A DNA stretch of 64,000 bases, from positions 416,001 to 480,000 of the forward strand of contig OY762964.1 of the NCBI GenBank assembly GCA_963667035.1, given 5' to 3'. Position numbers and translations under genes: made by a program. Under the pieces are notes generated by a model that was not told where the DNA came from, made no database searches, and was given only the letters and a program-made list of their open reading frames with translations. This DNA is from Candidatus Cloacimonadales bacterium (lineage in GTDB: Bacteria > Cloacimonadota > Cloacimonadia > Cloacimonadales > JAFGVF01). Below are positions 58,354 through 64,000 of the stretch, piece after piece. Numbering within the stretch: the first letter of the stretch is position 1; every line of letters starts with the position of its first letter.

Positions 58354-60777
58354 CTACTTCACTACCATCATCTTTCCAATGGCTTCACTTCCTTCACAGC
58401 TGACTTTATAGAAGTATATCCCTGATGCTACAGATTTACGATTATTATCCTTGCAATCCCATACTTGTGAGTAATACTCACCGGACTGCTTATCCTCGGA
58501 TGATAAACCTGCACTTCTTACTAACTGTGAGAAACTCTGAGTTATCTTAATATCTCTAACCTTCTGACCTCTGATATTGTATATCTCTAATGTAGGTTTC
58601 CCTATAGGTTTCTTTGGTAATGTAAACTCAATGAATGCAACTTTCCCATTATTACCGTTAGGTGTTACCGGATTAGGAAAATGCGATAACTGGATTGTTG
58701 AAGGTGGAGAGGGTGCTGTTTCATTGTAAATATCTACAGTAGGATTATATTCATGTGCTCCCATATCTATTATATTACCCCATACTCTCGGATTACCCGT
58801 TATATCCAATGCCGGCAAGTTCATACCTAATGTATCAGGTGTTCCTGCATTCACGCATGGAGAATTCTCTGTTAGTTGTACCCATCTTGTATCTCCAACA
58901 GGTACATCACCTTCTACATCTCCACGAAACATCGGATTTGCATCAATATTATTTACTCCCCACAATACATTGTTGTTGGGATTATCTGCTCCCGGTACTC
59001 CTGAAATTCCGTTTCTTACAAGACTGTAATCTATATCAATATTTGACCATAATGGATTAGTATCTCCATTTATCGGTTCCCAAACAACCATTTCATAAGC
59101 TCCGTTAGGATTATAAATAATATTGTTTCTGAGAGAGAAATCTCCACCAAATCTTGTGATTGCTGTGGGACTTGTATTGTATACTATTGACATATTATTT
59201 AGAGTACATTCATCATGTCGTGTAGAAAATAGTATCAAAGGTAAAGAATTAGATAAAGAAGTGTTATTATATGCTAAGAAATTGTTTAGCTCTAAGTTTC
59301 CACAGGTTTCACTTGCTAAAGTGTTACTATACTGAAAAATAGATCCTGGTTCGTTTATTACTGAGTTTGTAATCATCATATTATTGACTGTAACATCACT
59401 TTTCTCAAGCTTCACAAACAATGAACTTCCTTCTTGCATAACATTGACGATATTATCTACAATAATACCATTTAAAGTAATGTTATCACATTCATAGAGT
59501 TTAACACATGAAATCCTTGTCTCACTGTTTAAAACGTCTGAAACTGTGATGTTTTCGATTACGGAGTTTGAAATAGAACTAAAAGCAATACCCGGCTCTT
59601 GATTATAATTGTTTTTTAAAATTATATCATGAATATATAACTCATTACTTCTACTAGCTCCTAAGCAAAAGTCTGAGTTAAGACTTGATTGCATCATAGT
59701 AATATTACTAATTTCAACATTAGTTACATTTCGTGGTATTATTTGATATAGACTGAGTTCACTACCGATAATAACTTCTTCTGGAGATAATCCTAATCCA
59801 ATTAATTTAGTATTGGATTGAAGAGCAACAGGAAAAAACTGGTTATTCAGTTCTGAACTGTATGTCCCCGGTAACACATGAACCGTGTTAGGATTCAAAC
59901 TAACCGGTTGAATTATTCTACTCGCATAAGCAATAGTCTGTAATGCAGTTTCGGGAGTTAGACCATCATTGTTATCATCTCCATCAGGTGATACATACAG
60001 GTCTGCATCAATTTGATTGAAATAATTGTTCTGTACTGATATTTGTGGATTAGGTAATCCATCTTCGTGATAGTGTGATACAAAGAAACCGTCAGGTTCG
60101 GATATATCAATGCTAAGTGTATCGAGGATAATGCTAGTACATTGAGAGTTATAAATGAAAATATCTTGTACATCTCCATAGTTATTGTGTATACTGTTCA
60201 GATCTATTGGATCGAATGTAATCGATGCATTGTTGATTCCAATTCCTCCACCTTGATAAATTGAGCTGTTATCAAAAATACATGAACCGGAAATAACTAG
60301 ATTACTTGAATTGATGCATCTGATTCCACCAGATTTGTATGCTGTATTTCCTGTAATATTACAATTACTTATGCTAGCATTGCTTTGTTGTTTAATGTAT
60401 ATGCCACCGCCATATCTTGAATTACCATATCCAATCCCATTAGTTATTGTAAACCCATTAAGAGTAGCATTCTGTTCACCAGATATAATTACTACACAAC
60501 TGGATTGCTGATTACCATCAATGATGGTCGATTCAACTATACTCCAATCTGGATTATTGATATAATCACTGCATAAAGTAATATTTTTCCCTGAATAGTT
60601 AATGTTTTCAAAATACCTACCGGGATGTACAAGTACTGTATCACCATTGTTTGAGGCATCAATAGCAGATTGAATAGATGTATATGAATGAGCTCCATCA
60701 AGTGATACTTCAAGAGTGGTTGAACTGAGAGTCAGCATTACCGTTAATAATGATATTAGCAAACAAAGTGTTTTCAT
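58354..60777 (-). CDS. Secreted beta-helix (DUF1565-like) CTD protein, paralog of 55842
   Basis: Same architecture; C-terminal region identical in protein sequence to 55842 from GDTNPLW onward. Confidence 0.87.
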   Translation of the reverse strand: MKTLCLLISLLTVMLTLSSTTLEVSLDGAHSYTSIQSAIDASNNGDTVLVHPGRYFENINYSGKNITLCSDYINNPDWSIVESTIIDGNQQSSCVVIISGEQNATLNGFTITNGIGYGNSRYGGGIYIKQQSNASISNCNITGNTAYKSGGIRCINSSNLVISGSCIFDNSSIYQGGGIGINNASITFDPIDLNSIHNNYGDVQDIFIYNSQCTSIILDTLSIDISEPDGFFVSHYHEDGLPNPQISVQNNYFNQIDADLYVSPDGDDNNDGLTPETALQTIAYASRIIQPVSLNPNTVHVLPGTYSSELNNQFFPVALQSNTKLIGLGLSPEEVIIGSELSLYQIIPRNVTNVEISNITMMQSSLNSDFCLGASRSNELYIHDIILKNNYNQEPGIAFSSISNSVIENITVSDVLNSETRISCVKLYECDNITLNGIIVDNIVNVMQEGSSLFVKLEKSDVTVNNMMITNSVINEPGSIFQYSNTLASETCGNLELNNFLAYNNTSLSNSLPLILFSTRHDECTLNNMSIVYNTSPTAITRFGGDFSLRNNIIYNPNGAYEMVVWEPINGDTNPLWSNIDIDYSLVRNGISGVPGADNPNNNVLWGVNNIDANPMFRGDVEGDVPVGDTRWVQLTENSPCVNAGTPDTLGMNLPALDITGNPRVWGNIIDMGAHEYNPTVDIYNETAPSPPSTIQLSHFPNPVTPNGNNGKVAFIEFTLPKKPIGKPTLEIYNIRGQKVRDIKITQSFSQLVRSAGLSSEDKQSGEYYSQVWDCKDNNRKSVASGIYFYKVSCEGSEAIGKMMVVK

Positions 60778-60878
60778 AGTTCCTGCTTTTTATATATACC
60801 GGATAAGCGGACATCCTTGTCCGCAATCTTTACAGGCAAGATGCCGGCGAACAAAGAAGGGTAGGACATGCCTACCCT
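60778..60878 (-). repeat. Structured leader copy 5
   Basis: Minus strand: AGGGTAGGcatgtCCTACCCT...GCCGGCATCTTGCCTGT...GCGGACAAGGATGTCCGC...AAAGCAGG. Confidence 0.82.
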
Positions 60879-60894
60879 CTAACGATTATATTGT

Positions 60895-63800
60895 TTATTT
60901 AAGTAACATCATTTTCTTTGTCAAGACTTTGTCGTTTGTTTTTAAACGATAGAAATATACACCTGATGATACTTGTTTATTATTCTTGTCACTACCATTC
61001 CAAACTACAGAATGATACCCCGGCTTGAGATGTTTATTAACAAGTGTAGCTACTTTCTGCCCTCTTATATTGTAGATATTTAGTTTTACATCAGATTCAC
61101 TGGAAATGTTATAGTTTATTGTTGTTGTTGGATTAAACGGGTTCGGATAATTTCCTACCAATGAAGTATAGAGGGGTATTAAACCTTGCTCTAAATCTTC
61201 TTTCTTAAATGAGATGTAAGCAAATCCTTCATTACAATCATTAGTAGTTAGTTTTTTAGCGATGAATTTCTTCTCAATTCTATCCATAACAGCATATTTT
61301 TCAATTGCTTTCTTATCTCCTTTATAAGAGTAAGCTAGTTGAAAGGAAAGCTCTTCTCCCAATAAAGAAGGGTCATCAACAACATAAGCTTTCAGAATTA
61401 CATCATTGGATTTTATTACTTCAGCTCCTTTGCATTCGTTATCCACAAACACTGCAATCTCTATTGGTTTATCTCCTTCACCAATTTCATCCATATCAAA
61501 AGAACAAAGTATTGGATAATAATCTTTCTGTTCCTCATAATCAAAACAAACTGGTAGCTCAACAACAGTTTCATTTACACCAGTTCCATTTGAATCCCAA
61601 GTAATTCCAATCGGCTCTGTATCTGTTGGATCTTCAGGCTCATGCTTTGCCCAACAAACAAAATCAACCGCTTCACCGTAGTTCAACGTAGGTGGATTAG
61701 TACCGATATATGAACTAATCCAAGTAGTTTTAGCTCCACTTTGTTGAGTGTTCAAATATGATAAGTTTATAGCTGACCAATATCTAGTTTTTATAGCAGC
61801 CATTTGGTCTAGAATATCTTCATCAATTGCTTCAAAGATTGTTTGACCGTCTCTAAGATAATACCCAACTAAAGTAGATTTTGTATTATCATTGATTCCC
61901 GGTCTGAATATTTTCATGTTCAAATTATTACTGTTATTGTTGGATGTACCGTTTCTAAATCCATCAAACTCAAGGAATACTGCATCAGGTGCTTCTTCTG
62001 TAAGTTTTAACTTATATCCTTTGATAGTATCAATAGATTCAGTTAGAGATGTCCATTCATTGTTTTGAACATCCCATCCTATCTGACCTGGCTCATCATA
62101 GCTCCAAAAAATTTCATCTAAGATTTCTGAATCTTCTTCGAAAGGAAGACTATCTATTCTATCTCCGTTAGTATTATAATGATACATTTGCACACCAAAA
62201 ACATACTCTGCTTGGGAGTAAGAACTAGCTCTTAACTCATCAATTCCGGGAAGGCAAATCCAATTATAGCCATCCTTGTCTAGTTCTAAGACACTATTCT
62301 CAACAGTAAATTCTCCGTTATTATCAATTGGTAAGTAAGGAATTGCACCTATATCTGGTCGCGACATATCTCTATCTCTATCTTCATAGTCACCTAATGG
62401 GTTTCCATTTCCAAGGAGTAGTAGTTCTTCATACCACAAAATCCCATCTCCATCCATATCTGGATTACCAGAATTAATACAAGGTGATTTTTCTGTAGCT
62501 GTCCAGCTTGGAGTATAATTTATGTCTATGAGCGGATTTATATCAATTAGATTATTTTGTGTAATCAGTGGATGAGTAGTATTTCCAATAAAATCCCAAT
62601 TGTCTGTATTGTTATTAAACAAGCAAAAGTTTACATTGAGTTCCTCAGTTGTTGTAATTGTGCCATCATTCCAATTAATGGCATTCCCGATTATATTAGA
62701 AAAAATACTATTATTTATAGTAATCCCTGGACCTTTTTCATGTACAAACCCATCACCTGTAATATTTAACAAAGTATTATTATTGAAAGTAAAGTAGTTG
62801 TTTGGATTCATTACAGTTCCATTATATACAGATTTTAAGCCAAATATTTCTATGCCATCAAGTACGTTATGTGTAAACTCAAAGTTGTTTCTGCCAAAGT
62901 AGTCATTGAAAAGAACAGCACCATCTGACTGGTTCTTAAACATATTGTGAGATATTTCAATCTTTGTGTAAGTCTCTTCTGATAACTCATTACTTATTAG
63001 TTCATCGTAAATTTTCATTGATGGAGTCTCAGCATCATAAGTTCTATTAAACATACAGTTAGTAATTCTTAAATTATCTAAACTACCGGTTCTTCTAATA
63101 TAAATATCCGCAGCTACATTGATATCATAGTTATTTGTAAAAGTGCAATAGTCAAAGTTGATTGAGCCAGTTCCTATATCATTATTGACGATTACACCAC
63201 CACCACTATTTGAACAAATTTAAGATGACCCACCTACAGATGTATCTGAGAAATTGCTAATAAAAGAACAGCTCTGAACATCTATAGAACCAGATAATGC
63301 CAATGCACCTCCACCAATAACTGAATCACAATGATTATAGTCGAATATACAGTCCTGAAACATAGGAGCCTCTTCTTGGTCAACCACACCTTGAACAAAC
63401 ACAGCTCCTCCAACTCCAATACAATTATCTGAAAGATCATAATTATTACATCCTGAATAGTTTGTGCTATTGTTGAAAAAATAACATCTATCAACAATAG
63501 GAGAAGCTCCATTCAATAGTGTTATTGCAGGTCCTCTCGTATAAGTTTGGCATTCTTCAAATCTAAATCCCTCAATCGTGTCGGTGTTATCAATTCCTTC
63601 CCAATCAAGCTTTATTGCATGGTTTGTGCTAGTTAACTCAGCAGGGTCTTGCTGATTAGTAAATAGACGAATATGTTTATGTCTCCACGATAGGTTGCTT
63701 ACCTGGTATGCACTACCGTCTTGATTTGGAAAGACTACAACAATTCCATCATCTTGAATACGATCAATTGCTTCTTGAATAGACTGATAGTCATAAGGTA

Positions 63801-64000
63801 CTCTAATGATCCGATCACAATTTTCAACAAGTTGAATAGATATAGAAGTGCTTAAATCAATCAGACCAGGAGCTTGATCTGGGTACTTTTTATTCTCAAA
63901 ATTATTAGAGTTATGCTGAAAAACCAATGTAACTTCTTCATCCTCTGGACATGGGAAAGAAAATGAGCCATCTGAATTACTAAAGTAGAAATACTCTTCT
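60895..64000 (-). pseudogene. Large secreted beta-helix CTD protein interrupted by one in-frame stop; 5' end lies outside the window
   Basis: ORFs 63220..63927 and 60895..63054 share a frame, separated only by TAA at 63220-63222; frame stays open to the window edge; VP.DYQSIQEAID, SPCINSG, GNYPNPFNP CTD. Confidence 0.8.

Noticed and set aside
56243..59060. Identical 101-aa plus-strand ORFs at 56243 and 58755, and other short antisense ORFs
   Set aside because: Shadows of the duplicated block or of real genes on the opposite strand
55842..59067. Diversity-generating retroelement (TR/VR pair)
   Set aside because: Differences between the near-identical 3' ends are synonymous, bidirectional and not confined to adenines of one template; no reverse transcriptase in the window
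43018..63222. TAA recoding suggested by two in-frame TAA codons
   Set aside because: TAA ends many intact genes here, and one of the two genes also has frameshifts

Overview
AT-rich bacterial chromosomal segment. PorV plus many secreted proteins ending in a 'NYPNPFNP...KKMMLLK' FlgD-Ig/T9SS-type C-terminal domain (CTD) point to an FCB-group organism, most plausibly Cloacimonadota (inference, not verified). Housekeeping content: lon, DUF47+pit, an AddAB-like helicase/nuclease pair, nitroreductase, add, tyrS, site-2 protease, glnA, hldD, argF, coaD, an aminopeptidase P, three histidine kinases, tRNA-Arg(CCG) and tRNA-Leu(CAA). The main accessory signal is two paralogous, oppositely oriented loci (17.5-23.4 kb + and 55.8-64 kb -). 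Each has a large CTD gene, now damaged, followed by tandem ~800-aa beta-helix/DUF1565-like CTD genes. All four of these genes, plus a decayed fifth start, sit directly behind the same structured terminator + inverted REP-like leader, and they are sequence mosaics of each other. Also seen: two intergenic arrays of 11-bp-phased repeats in head-to-head orientation with different cores but shared flanking motifs, an internally deleted IS3, two MITE-like inserts, a porV-M6 protease-3x putative outer-membrane protein cluster, and several pseudogenised CTD genes. All calls are from reading motifs by eye; no searches were run.
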